64,000 nucleotides of DNA from an uncultured Nitrososphaerales archaeon (GTDB lineage: Archaea; Thermoproteota; Nitrososphaeria; Nitrososphaerales; Nitrososphaeraceae). Where the stretch lies: assembly GCA_963695855.1 (NCBI GenBank), contig CAVOHZ010000010.1, positions 480,001 to 544,000 of the forward strand, written 5' to 3'. The notes beneath the pieces were generated by a model that was given only the letters and a program-made list of their open reading frames with translations, was not told the origin of the DNA and did not search any database. How positions within the stretch are numbered: position 1 is the stretch's first letter; each line of letters starts with the position of its first letter. A program made the translations under genes and the position numbers. Positions 9,363-19,708 of this stretch are shown one piece after another.

Positions 9363-9765
9363 TGTCACTCAATAGTTACTTCTTTCTTTAATTATATATC
9401 TATTAGTTAACTACGTTAACATAGTACAAAATTAGAAATAAGAATATTTGATTATTTTATAAAGTACATTGATTTCAATAAAATCTTCAAAAAAAGATTA
9501 TGATTTACAGAAAAACATTAACGTTGATAATTCTCAGTTAGGATAATTATTCTTAATCGTCCAGTCTAATATACAAAAAGGTGATCGTCAGATCTTGTCA
9601 ATTTGGTTTCTTATCTTGTCTGGGATATGTCAAATGGTTCTAAAATCATTTATTGATATTGTTAAGGGATTATTACGAGAAATCAATTTCGTGTTCGTAA
9701 CTATTATAGATCCACAAGATGGGTTCACAGACTACAGCTAGATATACAACTCACGAACAAAATAT

Positions 9766-10404
9766 TCATATTAAATTCTTGAATCCTTCTACTACATATT
9801 GAACAGCAATTGCAGCTATTATTATTGCAAATACTCGCGAAATAATTAAAGAACCTCGATTACCCAATAATTTATAGATTGGATTTATAAGACGAAATAC
9901 AAAATACGTCATCAATAAAACTATTATTATAGAGATTATGGTTACTGCAAATCCACTAGTTTGAAATGTTATTATCACAGTTGTGATGGCTCCAGGACCA
10001 GCCAATAATGGAAATGCAATAGGTACAACACCAGTTTCGTCTGTAGCTGAAGTTTTATTGAATCTCCATTCACCATAGGTTAACAGCTCTATCGCGATTA
10101 TAAATAAAAGGGCACCTCCAGCAATCATAAAACTAAATATTGTGATCCCAAAAATATCTAGAATTTGTTTACCAGCTATTCCAAATATTATTAATAAAAT
10201 TAAAGCAGTTAAAATTGCTGTCTTTGAAACAAGTTGTCTATCTTTTATTTCCAGTTTCTGTGTGAGAGAAATGAAGATTGGAATATTTCCGATAGGATTT
10301 ATAACTACGAAAAGCGCAATGATTGATTTTAATAGATCGCCATGAAATGCATTCAAAAAACTACCTATTTCAATTAAAAAAGAACTAAACACATCTGATA
10401 ACAA
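9766..10404 (-). CDS. MarC family integral membrane protein
   Basis: LFVVINPIGNIPIF, IAGGALLF, VVPIAFPLLAGPGAIT. Confidence 0.92.
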   Translation of the reverse strand: MLSDVFSSFLIEIGSFLNAFHGDLLKSIIALFVVINPIGNIPIFISLTQKLEIKDRQLVSKTAILTALILLIIFGIAGKQILDIFGITIFSFMIAGGALLFIIAIELLTYGEWRFNKTSATDETGVVPIAFPLLAGPGAITTVIITFQTSGFAVTIISIIIVLLMTYFVFRLINPIYKLLGNRGSLIISRVFAIIIAAIAVQYVVEGFKNLI

Positions 10405-10951
10405 GGTTAACTGAAATATAATTTCCTATTTGCTATTTTTAAATATTATGTCGGATACACGCTAAATTATTTACTAGATTTTGTTTGACACAATATAGAC
10501 AAATTTAATAAATTTAGTCAAAATGTTCATTTAAGTAATACTAAAAAAACTATATATCGTAATACTGGAATGTGTTAAATATGTAAACAGGCTAAAACAT
10601 ACCTAATTAACTTACAAATTCCATCTATAGATATACAGAATATGATTGAATTATGCATTTATTTTATTTATCTCCATAACTGATTCATATCACATGGATA
10701 GCAAGAGTGGATTTTCACATTTTTGTTTGCGTATTTCTAATTCTGCATCATGTTCAACTTATTGATTGCTTTTTTGTTTTCATTAAATAAAAATCTAAGT
10801 CTTAACTGAATTCTTTCCAATTTTTGTAAATAATAATCTATTAAAATAAAAAAATAGAATAGAACGGCAATAATGATTAATATAATTATCAGAAGAATTG
10901 GAATATAGTATGGTTATACAATTAACATTGTTCAACCATATTAATAAATAA

Positions 10952-11203
10952 GTGGCCAATAACTATTCCATGGTCACATATAAAAACGACAAAAATAATA
11001 TCGCAAACCTTAGAGACATTACAACACGACATGTGAAAGATATTTTAAGAGGTAGTTCCACGTTATTTAACAAGTTCATGCAATATTTTTATAGTTATTA
11101 TAAAGATATATGTCAAAATTATTCTGAATTTATGAAAGAAATTGATCAACAAAATACTTCGAATAATTCTTACATCATGTTTTCAAAGAGGTCAGATTAT
11201 TAG
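10952..11203 (+). CDS. Hypothetical protein
   Basis: ORF only. Confidence 0.35.
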   Translation: MANNYSMVTYKNDKNNIANLRDITTRHVKDILRGSSTLFNKFMQYFYSYYKDICQNYSEFMKEIDQQNTSNNSYIMFSKRSDY

Positions 11204-11567
11204 AAATGAATATTACAGCAACGGAAATTTCTCGAGTTCTCATTGCTAAAATAAGTGGGTGTAAGGAGAGCAACAAGAAAATAATATATTCTTTTGTGGA
11301 TCAATATCATAGCTTATGTTTAGATACAAGGATATTTTAGCATCTCAACTAGAAGCATGTGAGAATTTGCTTTTAGCAACTCCAGGTAATGAAGATAAAC
11401 AAATAATTGAAAATGAAATTTCGGAATTAAATAGATATCTTTAAATTTATCAGTTACTAAACAAAGTGTTTATTATAATTACCAGACATAACTTTGTTAT
11501 TAAAAAATATTTGAAATCATCAAATCAGATATAGGTATAAATAAAATAAAGAAATCACAGAAAATAA

Positions 11568-11855
11568 CTAGAAATTATCACTGAATTGTCGTGTACGTTC
11601 ATCGACCTGATCTTGTGGTTTTTTGGTGGTTTTCTGATAGATATCTTTATGTTCTCTCTTATCATACTCTTTTTCATGCTCTTCTCTTACATGATGAAGT
11701 CTATCCTTTTCATGAATGAACTCTTTTCCACAATTATCGCATTTTAAAATGGCATGATGATGAACATGTCTAGTGTGATCGATTAATTCTTGATAGGTAT
11801 GGAATTTCTCATCATCTAATTCACAGTTATATTTGTCATGGTGAAATAAATTCAT
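11568..11855 (-). CDS. C2H2 zinc-finger protein (two fingers)
   Basis: CELD...H...H and CDNCGKEF...HH..EH. Confidence 0.75.
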   Translation of the reverse strand: MNLFHHDKYNCELDDEKFHTYQELIDHTRHVHHHAILKCDNCGKEFIHEKDRLHHVREEHEKEYDKREHKDIYQKTTKKPQDQVDERTRQFSDNF

Positions 11856-12035
11856 TAAAAATCATATGAATTATCAATTATTAAAAACTATCTGAAAGAT
11901 AGACATTTGATTTTAACTTTTATGATTTAATATATTATTACAAAGAAGAGCTAAAAATATAGAGAGAATTTTGACAAGAGTACAGAATATATGTTGGTAA
12001 ATCACTATACGAGAACAAAGGATATTGGAGATAAA

Positions 12036-12203
12036 TCATCCTCCAGATGGCATGTCTTGGTCCCATGTATTTTGTTGATAATTGTCAATAAGTTCATTTA
12101 TTAATTCATCTAACTCGATATTTTTTTTTCGTCTTTGCATTAAATCATCCTTTAATGACCCTAGCCTTCTTAAAGTAAGATCCTGAATCTGAATATTAAC
12201 CAT
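12036..12203 (-). CDS. 55-aa RHH-like small protein (not in ORF track)
   Basis: MVNIQIQDLTLRRLGSLK...ELDELINELID...PSGG*. Confidence 0.5.
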   Translation of the reverse strand: MVNIQIQDLTLRRLGSLKDDLMQRRKKNIELDELINELIDNYQQNTWDQDMPSGG

Positions 12204-12308
12204 GTGATAATACTTGCCGGTTAACCAAAGATATCTTTAACTGAAATTAATGTGATGAAAATAAAAGAAGGTATTTTAGATGAGATTAAAATCTAAATAT
12301 TTGGGAAT

Positions 12309-12542
12309 ATGAAGGTGATCAAAATCGTAAAATCAGAAAAGACATATCATTCGCTTGTTTATAATGATTTGGTTACAGAAGTTATAGATGAGGCAAGTTT
12401 TAAAGATTTGTTTGAACTAAATTTTTATCTTCAAACTCTTCAAAAAAAACTAGAATTTGAAGATGTTTTGTTAATTATCCATGATAAAATCAATAATTCA
12501 GTAGATTTGAAAAGGAGTACGGAAGACATTTTTCTTGAATGA
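12309..12542 (+). CDS. Hypothetical protein
   Basis: ATG ORF with normal composition. Confidence 0.55.
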   Translation: MKVIKIVKSEKTYHSLVYNDLVTEVIDEASFKDLFELNFYLQTLQKKLEFEDVLLIIHDKINNSVDLKRSTEDIFLE

Positions 12543-12618
12543 TAAATCATTTATAAATAAATCGCAAACATGAAACAAAGAATTAATAAGATTATTCAGT
12601 TTAACGTTGCATGTAGAA

Positions 12619-12816
12619 ATGGGTGGCGTATCAAAAAGAGGGAGAATTTTTTTGGGAAAAAGGATAGGTCCCAAATCTGCAAGACGTGCGAGAAAACCAT
12701 TGAGTGCGGACTGGACCACTGGAAGGGTGCTTAACAGACATTTTGTTAATAGAAGAAAAAACAAGAAACCTACAAGAGGAGATAGAAATCAAAGCTATTC
12801 ACATTATTCATATTGA
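12619..12816 (+). CDS. Highly basic small protein
   Basis: MGGVSKRGRIFLGKRIGPKSARRARKP...; very Arg/Lys-rich; ATG at 12619 preferred. Confidence 0.6.
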   Translation: MGGVSKRGRIFLGKRIGPKSARRARKPLSADWTTGRVLNRHFVNRRKNKKPTRGDRNQSYSHYSY

Positions 12817-12910
12817 TTAGGCATCATTATCAAAAGAACGGGTTAAGGATAGATCCATAATTAGATATATTGGAAATCCACTAGGTACTTAAGACTGAAA
12901 TAAAGAAAGA

Positions 12911-14620
12911 ATGAATCTAATAAATTATTTCCCATTTAATACTATAAGAGAAAGACAAAAGAATGTCATTCAAAAAATAGAAGAAGAGATAGAAAATGGA
13001 ACCAAATATATATTTTTGGAGGCGCCTACAGGATTTGGAAAGAGTCCTATCGCCATTGCATTAGCAAGGTACCTCGGCAGTTCTCATATTTGTACTTCAA
13101 CAAAGGACTTACAAAACCAATATTCCAAGGATTTTCCCTTTGTAAAGGAAGCAAAGGGAAAGAGAAATTTTATGTGTCTGTTAAAACAGAATGAAGGAAT
13201 AAAGGAAACTTGTGAATATGGACCTTGTCAGAAAGAAGAAGAATTTGACTGCAATTATAAGACGAGGCTACTGGATTACAAGGTAAGTGGTCTTGGAACA
13301 AAATTTGAACATGCAGGAATAGGTCAGATGGAAAAGATGAAATATGTAAGAAAACATGATTCTCAACTCCGATTTGAGAAAATTGAATGGGAACCATGTT
13401 ATTATTTTCATCAGAAATGGATAGCAATAAAATCATCCCATACCATTTACAACTATAAATATTTCTTATCAGATCTATATTTCTCTAACAATATCGTGAA
13501 AAGAGATTTGATAGTTTTTGACGAGGTCCATAATATAGAATCAGAAATTTCTGATTTCAAGAGTTTCACAATAAATGGGGATCTTATTTCAAAAATGTTT
13601 CCAACTCTAAAATTGCCTCATAAAAAAGAAGAAGAGATAGAAACATGGGTCGATTTTTGTGAAGATTATAGAGACCATATTCTTGATTTTATAGAAGATA
13701 CCCAGATGGCTATAGAAAGAAATGATTTAAGAGAACCTCATACAGAGAAAAATCTAATAGATTCCATCAACAGAGAAAAAAATATTTCCCAAGTTCTAAA
13801 CGACATGAAAAGGAACAAGTCCAATTGGTTGGTAACAAATATCGATAGATCTGTAGATAATTTTATACGAAAAATAACAATTACGCCTTTGGATATTGCA
13901 AACTATTTTAAAGAAATTCTTGAAAATAGTTCTTACGGATTGTTCATGAGTGCGACTATTCTAAACAAAGATTATTTGTGTAAAATTTCTGGTCTTCCTG
14001 AAGATAAAATTGCCTTTATCAGAATAAAAGAATCTGACTTCCCAAAAGAAAATAGACCCATACATCTAATGAATGTAGCTTGGCTAAATAGCAAAACAAT
14101 AGCATCAAGTCTTCCCCCCATCGCAAAAGCTATTGATAATATAATGAGTATTCACAAAAAAGAGAAGGGAATTATTCATACCACATCCTACTTTCAATTG
14201 AACTATATCAAGGATAACCTGAGTACACATAATAAGATGAGATTGATAGAAACCGGACCAAATATGGATAGAATCGAAATATTACAAAAACACTTTAAAA
14301 ATAAGAATCCCACTGTCCTGATTTCCCCTTCCCTATACTATGGACTTGATCTTAAAGACGATTTATCTAGATTTCAAATAATCACTAAAGTTCCATATCC
14401 AGATCTAAGTGACAGGAAAGTATCAACAATGAGAAAAAAAGACATGAATTGGTATCTTTGGAATACTGTTATTAAAGTAGTACAAGCGTATGGAAGAAGC
14501 GTTAGGAGTAAAGAAGATCATGCTAGCACATATATTTTAGATAGTAACATAAGTTATCTTTTAAAAAATGCCAAAGAAATGTTTCCTCAATGGTTCACCG
14601 AAGCAATTATCCAAAGATAA
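12911..14620 (+). CDS. XPD/Rad3/DinG-family Fe-S ATP-dependent DNA helicase
   Basis: Q motif RERQ, EAPTGFGKS, Cys cluster, DEVH, MSAT, QAYGRSVR. Confidence 0.9.
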   Translation: MNLINYFPFNTIRERQKNVIQKIEEEIENGTKYIFLEAPTGFGKSPIAIALARYLGSSHICTSTKDLQNQYSKDFPFVKEAKGKRNFMCLLKQNEGIKETCEYGPCQKEEEFDCNYKTRLLDYKVSGLGTKFEHAGIGQMEKMKYVRKHDSQLRFEKIEWEPCYYFHQKWIAIKSSHTIYNYKYFLSDLYFSNNIVKRDLIVFDEVHNIESEISDFKSFTINGDLISKMFPTLKLPHKKEEEIETWVDFCEDYRDHILDFIEDTQMAIERNDLREPHTEKNLIDSINREKNISQVLNDMKRNKSNWLVTNIDRSVDNFIRKITITPLDIANYFKEILENSSYGLFMSATILNKDYLCKISGLPEDKIAFIRIKESDFPKENRPIHLMNVAWLNSKTIASSLPPIAKAIDNIMSIHKKEKGIIHTTSYFQLNYIKDNLSTHNKMRLIETGPNMDRIEILQKHFKNKNPTVLISPSLYYGLDLKDDLSRFQIITKVPYPDLSDRKVSTMRKKDMNWYLWNTVIKVVQAYGRSVRSKEDHASTYILDSNISYLLKNAKEMFPQWFTEAIIQR

Positions 14621-14665
14621 AAAATAAAAGATAAAAAAAGTATATAAGATTTTCATAGTAAAAGG

Positions 14666-15802
14666 TCATTCTATAAAATTTAAAATCGTACTCTGTCCAG
14701 AATTATCTTTAAGATCCAACACTTTAATACCCAATCTTCTTATGTGAATATCTTGATTAACTGAAATAAAATCATTTAAAATAATATCAGCATTAATAAA
14801 TAACTCATGGGGATCTTGGCTAGGAATCCTTAATGTTCTAGATTTTGTTTTAATTTCAAGCGTTTCACTTATAAAAATTAAAGCCAACGTTTTAAAAAAT
14901 AAATTTCTTTGAATTAATTTTTCCAAAATCGAGTTACATAACTGGTGTAGTTCAAATTTAAAATATTCGACATCATGAGAATTTTCTTTTAAAGTTTTTA
15001 TTCTAACAATCTGTTTTATGTCATTATCGCTTTTAACAGGATCGTAATTTATGCCACGTGCGGAATTGCATAAATAATTAGAACAAGCAGATCCAAATTC
15101 TTTTTTAAGCAAGTCCATGTTAGCAACAGAAATATCTTTGAAAGTCTTTATCCCCATTTGATAAAGTTTTTTTTTATTTTTTGGCCCTATTCCAGGAATC
15201 AAACTAATGTCAAGATCTGAAATCAAATTTATAGATTTTTTTGGTTCGATAATAAATAAACCACTTGGCTTTTTATATTTTGACCCTATTTTTGCTAAGA
15301 GTTTATTATAAGATATGCCTATCGAACAAGAGATATGAATTTTTTCATATAGGTTTGTCTTTAACATTTGAGCAATTTCTACAGCCTTATCAAAATCTCC
15401 ATTTAAAAATTCAGTAAGGTCTACGTAACATTCATCAACGCCAACGACTTCGCATTTATCCACTACGGATTTAATAATCTCCATGGCATTGTTAGAAACT
15501 TCAGAATAATATTTTTGATCGATCGGAAGAAAGACCGGATTATCCAGAGAACTTAATTTTGACTTGGCTTCCCTAATTGAGATTCCAGACTTTACACCAT
15601 ATTTTCTTGCTACATAATTAGACGTGCTAACTACTCCGCTATCACTTGTTCTTCCAGAATACACGCACACTATTATTGGAGAATTTTTAATGGATGGATT
15701 TCTGATTTCCTCACATTGAGCAAAAAAATAATCAAAATCAATGTGAAATATAATTCTGATATCACTATTTTCAGATAATGGATCAAAATATCGGAATGTC
15801 AT
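14666..15802 (-). CDS. dinB: Y-family DNA polymerase IV (Dpo4/DinB)
   Basis: HIDFDYFFAQ, SNYVARKYGV, GVDECYVD, KLLAKI..K.KP. Confidence 0.93.
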   Translation of the reverse strand: MTFRYFDPLSENSDIRIIFHIDFDYFFAQCEEIRNPSIKNSPIIVCVYSGRTSDSGVVSTSNYVARKYGVKSGISIREAKSKLSSLDNPVFLPIDQKYYSEVSNNAMEIIKSVVDKCEVVGVDECYVDLTEFLNGDFDKAVEIAQMLKTNLYEKIHISCSIGISYNKLLAKIGSKYKKPSGLFIIEPKKSINLISDLDISLIPGIGPKNKKKLYQMGIKTFKDISVANMDLLKKEFGSACSNYLCNSARGINYDPVKSDNDIKQIVRIKTLKENSHDVEYFKFELHQLCNSILEKLIQRNLFFKTLALIFISETLEIKTKSRTLRIPSQDPHELFINADIILNDFISVNQDIHIRRLGIKVLDLKDNSGQSTILNFIE

Positions 15803-15919
15803 AAAATTAATTCATTCATTAATATAAATAAAAGTCACTGTTATAATATTTGTGGGGATAATTACTCATGTATCCGGGTTTAGATATACTTTTTTAGAAC
15901 CAAACCAATTGATCTATCA

Positions 15920-16168
15920 TTGGATGATCCCATTACAATTAACCAAGATGGTATCAAATTAAAACCTGAAATAATGATAAAAGAAGAATTGTATCATTGT
16001 ATTTTTCAAAATAGAGTCTTCCTTTTTTACAAAGATAACGACGAGATCATTCATTGTTATGAGGTAGGTGATCCCAATATCATTACCAAAATTAGGGAGA
16101 ACCCCAATAGCATTAGCGATATTTTCAATGAAATAGTCGAAGAGTCTAACAAAAATATCAAGAGTTGA
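15920..16168 (+). CDS. Hypothetical protein
   Basis: TTG-start ORF upstream of alba, same strand. Confidence 0.6.
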   Translation: MDDPITINQDGIKLKPEIMIKEELYHCIFQNRVFLFYKDNDEIIHCYEVGDPNIITKIRENPNSISDIFNEIVEESNKNIKS

Positions 16169-16205
16169 AAACATTATATTCCACATTAGATGAGTTATTA
16201 TAAGC

Positions 16206-16508
16206 ATGACCACAAATATTGAAAATACTGGAAATGTAAAGAGAAGTAATGAGATTTTTATTGGCAAAAAGCCGTTGATGACCTATGTCACAGCAACATT
16301 AGTACAGCTGGCCAACGAACCGCTTGTAGTCATCAAAGCAAGAGGCAAAAGTATCCCAAGAGCTGTAGATGTATCTCAAATCATTGTGAAACGAATGGAT
16401 ACACTGGGATATAAGGTAGATTCTGTGAAAATAGGTTCCGAATCAGTAAAATCCGAGGACGGAAGAATCAGAAATGTTTCAACCATCGAAGTAGCTGTTT
16501 CTAGATAG
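16206..16508 (+). CDS. albA: DNA/RNA-binding protein Alba
   Basis: IFIGKKPLMTYV, IKARGKSI.RAVDV, RNVSTIE. Confidence 0.95.
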   Translation: MTTNIENTGNVKRSNEIFIGKKPLMTYVTATLVQLANEPLVVIKARGKSIPRAVDVSQIIVKRMDTLGYKVDSVKIGSESVKSEDGRIRNVSTIEVAVSR

Positions 16509-16519
16509 CTGTTTCTAGA
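16492..16519. repeat. Perfect 14-bp tandem duplication across the alba stop codon
   Basis: TAGCTGTTTCTAGA at 16492-16505 and 16506-16519. Confidence 0.9.
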
Positions 16520-17111
16520 AATTAGATCCTTAAAAGCTTTTTTGTTTTTGTATTTAATTCTCTAGTTTTTATAATTTATTTATATCCAATACTTATAGTT
16601 TGTTCAATTTATTATTGTTAGTGTTTTTCAAATGCTATGCTCATAGTAATATAAAACTTGGTTACTTCTAGATAATTTTTATGATATCTTATATACAAGT
16701 TTATATTTATTTTGAATATGGTTTACCTCTAATAATTATATAAAAAATTTAAATTAGATTTTGGGGGTGGAAATTACTTTGAGCCAGGCATTACCACATT
16801 TGTTTTCTTATTAGGTAACATTAAATGTTCATTTAACTTTATCATTATCAGCAAAGTAAAAAGTTATTCAAAAAATTATTTTGTAACCGAATTATATTTT
16901 TAGATCTTGTTATTCTTAGTCAAAATGAAGAATAAAAATATTCTAAATTTTTATCATTATCCAGATCTTTAGGAATTTCATGCTACAGTCTAAAGAAAAT
17001 ACAGATTGTTGTGAAAAGTTCTTGACCTTTAATATCCTATTGCAGTATTATTTGAATTCATATCGGATAAATTAATGCTATATATAAATAAAATAAACAC
17101 ATAATCAGTAT

Positions 17112-17360
17112 ATGATTCAAAAAAGGAAATTACATGATTTAAAATTAAGCTTAAGAGATTTAGATTATGATGAAGGAATCAAAATTAGCGTAGATTCAAC
17201 TAATGAAAAAATTTTTATAAATAAAAATATTCTAGACCAGTATGTCGTTGAATTTACAGGAACAGAATCTAATGAAATAAGATATTATGATAATTTGCAT
17301 CTGGTGATATATGATGTGAAAAAAAGATATCACAATAATTTTCATTTTATAGAATATTGA
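17112..17360 (+). CDS. Hypothetical protein
   Basis: ATG ORF following an AT-rich TATA-like region. Confidence 0.55.
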   Translation: MIQKRKLHDLKLSLRDLDYDEGIKISVDSTNEKIFINKNILDQYVVEFTGTESNEIRYYDNLHLVIYDVKKRYHNNFHFIEY

Positions 17361-17726
17361 CAATTTTAAATTAAGAATAGTAATCAATAAACCAAAAACA
17401 GCAACAGCTATTTTAACCTAGTGACTGATTCGTTTCTTCCAGAAATACTATTTTTAATTTGGAAACGTACTAATAGACAAATAATCGAATGCAAAATCAC
17501 GTAGCTGATAATCTCATTTAATATTTTTATTATCAAGTCATCGGTACCAATGATCAAAACGTTCTGTTGGTACTTGAAATTCTGCATTTTCATACCCGGT
17601 GTGCTAATTTTGAACCTACCTTAAAATACAAAGAAAACCTGTATATTATCCAAAGAAGATTTTCATATTGTAAGAGCTCTAAAAACACAAAAATTTATAA
17701 TTTATCCAGCTTTTTGTACATAGATA

Positions 17727-18860
17727 TTGAGAATATTTGATAAATTGAATAATAGAAAAAAAATTATAAATTCAAAAACAAATAATATAAAGGTTTTTTT
17801 ATGTGGTCCAACGGTATATGATACTATTCATTTTGGGCATGCCAGATTTTTTCTTTTTTTTGACCTAGTCTATAGATTATTTAAATTAAGAAACATTGAA
17901 CCAACAATAGTAATTAACATTACAGATATTGATCCAAAAATTCTAACAAGATCTAAAGAGAGAGGAGTTGAATATCCATCATTAGTAGAAGAAAATATTC
18001 AAGAGTTTTTAAAGACATCTGAGAAACTCGGTCTTAATAATTCTTTTATTTATGTTAAGGTGTCTGACTACGTACACTACACAAAAAGGATCATAGAAAA
18101 ACTGATTATAGACAAAAAAGCATACTACAGTTTAGGAAATATTTATCTGAAAGCAGAATTTGGAACTAAAGATAATTTATCCGGATTATCCAAGGAAGAA
18201 ATGAAGGATATGAGATTTGATATTAATCCTGGAAAAAAATCTCCTACAGATATTCTGCTATGGAACTGCTCGGATGTATTTGAAAATCTATTTAATGATT
18301 CGGAATTAGGAGATGGCGTCCCATGGTGGCATATTCAAGATGTTTCCGTTATATGTGGGATATTTTCAGGAAAGTATGATATCCACGGTGGAGCAACGGA
18401 TCTCATTCTTCCCCATCATGAATATATAAGTTCTATTCTATACAGTATAAAAAATAGTAAGAAATACCCAAATATTTGGATGCACGTAGGACTAGTATAC
18501 CTGAAAAATAAAAAAATGTCTAAATCTACAGGACATTATCTTTCGATTAATGATTTATTAAATAAATACAATGCTAACACTATAAGACTTTATTCATATT
18601 CTGAAAATTACCACGATCCATTATTTTTTTCCTATAAAGGCATAAACGAATACAGAGAATTAGAGAATAGAATAAGAGAAATATTCATTTCAGAATACAC
18701 AGTTCCCGAAAAAAATAGCAGTAAAATAAAAAAGTTTATAGAGTATTTAACAGATGATTTTAACACAGTAGATGCTCTTATTGTTTTAAAAGAAGCTGTA
18801 GAAGAAAAAAGATATTGTGAAATCAAAAAGATGGTGGAAATTTTTGGACTCAGATATTAG
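17727..18860 (+). CDS. Cysteinyl-tRNA synthetase paralogue (MshC-like, lacks anticodon-binding C-terminus)
   Basis: CGPTVY, HFGH, NITDID, KMSKS, DDFNT present; WHIQD instead of WHIEC, PHHEYI instead of PHHENE; ends at FGLRY after 377 aa. Confidence 0.85.
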   Translation: MRIFDKLNNRKKIINSKTNNIKVFLCGPTVYDTIHFGHARFFLFFDLVYRLFKLRNIEPTIVINITDIDPKILTRSKERGVEYPSLVEENIQEFLKTSEKLGLNNSFIYVKVSDYVHYTKRIIEKLIIDKKAYYSLGNIYLKAEFGTKDNLSGLSKEEMKDMRFDINPGKKSPTDILLWNCSDVFENLFNDSELGDGVPWWHIQDVSVICGIFSGKYDIHGGATDLILPHHEYISSILYSIKNSKKYPNIWMHVGLVYLKNKKMSKSTGHYLSINDLLNKYNANTIRLYSYSENYHDPLFFSYKGINEYRELENRIREIFISEYTVPEKNSSKIKKFIEYLTDDFNTVDALIVLKEAVEEKRYCEIKKMVEIFGLRY

Positions 18861-18873
18861 AACGAGGTATAAA

Positions 18874-19611
18874 ATGAACGAATTAGAATTTTGTTCATAC
18901 TGGGTCAAAAATTATCCGATTGATTTGTCGACAAATATTTTTGTTAATTCAGATTTTCCTGAAGATTATTTTTTTAATAGGATAATAAGCAAAGCTTCAA
19001 AATCTAAGGTTATATATGAAGGCATTTCAAATTCAAATTTATTTTTAACAGAAAACGCTTTGAGAGGATTTTTTCACTTGCAAAACTTGAACAAGCAGGT
19101 AATAAAACATTTAGAAAAAAATCATTTTCATTATATGGACATAATTTATACCATGGTATCTCCTAGTAAAATTGGTAAGTTATATAGAAAAGCACCTAGC
19201 GTAAATGTCAAAGAGACGAATAATATTAAAGATTGGAATGATATATTTTGCAAGTCATTCCTGATAACAAGGCGGATTACTAATGTAAAACACGTATTAC
19301 GTCAAAATAGAGAACGATTTATTTTTTTGCTTGCAGAAGTTAGTGAAAAAAATAATAGAAAAATACCTGTAGGATGTTGTTTACTTTTCGAAAATTATGG
19401 ATGTATGGGCTTATATTGTCTAGGAACCATTCCAGAATATAGAAATAAAGGAATTGCTAGAACTGTGATTAAAAAATCCGTGGAAACAGCTAATCTCAAA
19501 GGTTTCAGCAATGTCTTCATACATACATTCCTGAACGATGGTTATATGAATTTCTATAATAAACTGAATTTCAAAATTGTGGATAAAAGTACTATATTTA
19601 GATCTGGGTAA
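18874..19611 (+). CDS. GNAT family N-acetyltransferase
   Basis: LGTIPEYRNKGIA (acetyl-CoA motif A) and FYNKLNF; ATG at 18874, 13 bp after the previous stop, preferred over 18817. Confidence 0.85.
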   Translation: MNELEFCSYWVKNYPIDLSTNIFVNSDFPEDYFFNRIISKASKSKVIYEGISNSNLFLTENALRGFFHLQNLNKQVIKHLEKNHFHYMDIIYTMVSPSKIGKLYRKAPSVNVKETNNIKDWNDIFCKSFLITRRITNVKHVLRQNRERFIFLLAEVSEKNNRKIPVGCCLLFENYGCMGLYCLGTIPEYRNKGIARTVIKKSVETANLKGFSNVFIHTFLNDGYMNFYNKLNFKIVDKSTIFRSG

Positions 19612-19708
19612 AAATAAATGAGTTTCATAAATAGATTAAATCTCATGGTTATCCTGTAAGAAAACAAAAAATATAATAGATAATTAAAGTGCTTTAAATT
19701 ACACTTAA

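Noticed and set aside
17727-18860. Calling this the housekeeping cysS
   Set aside because: The anticodon-binding domain and two conserved metal-site residues are missing.
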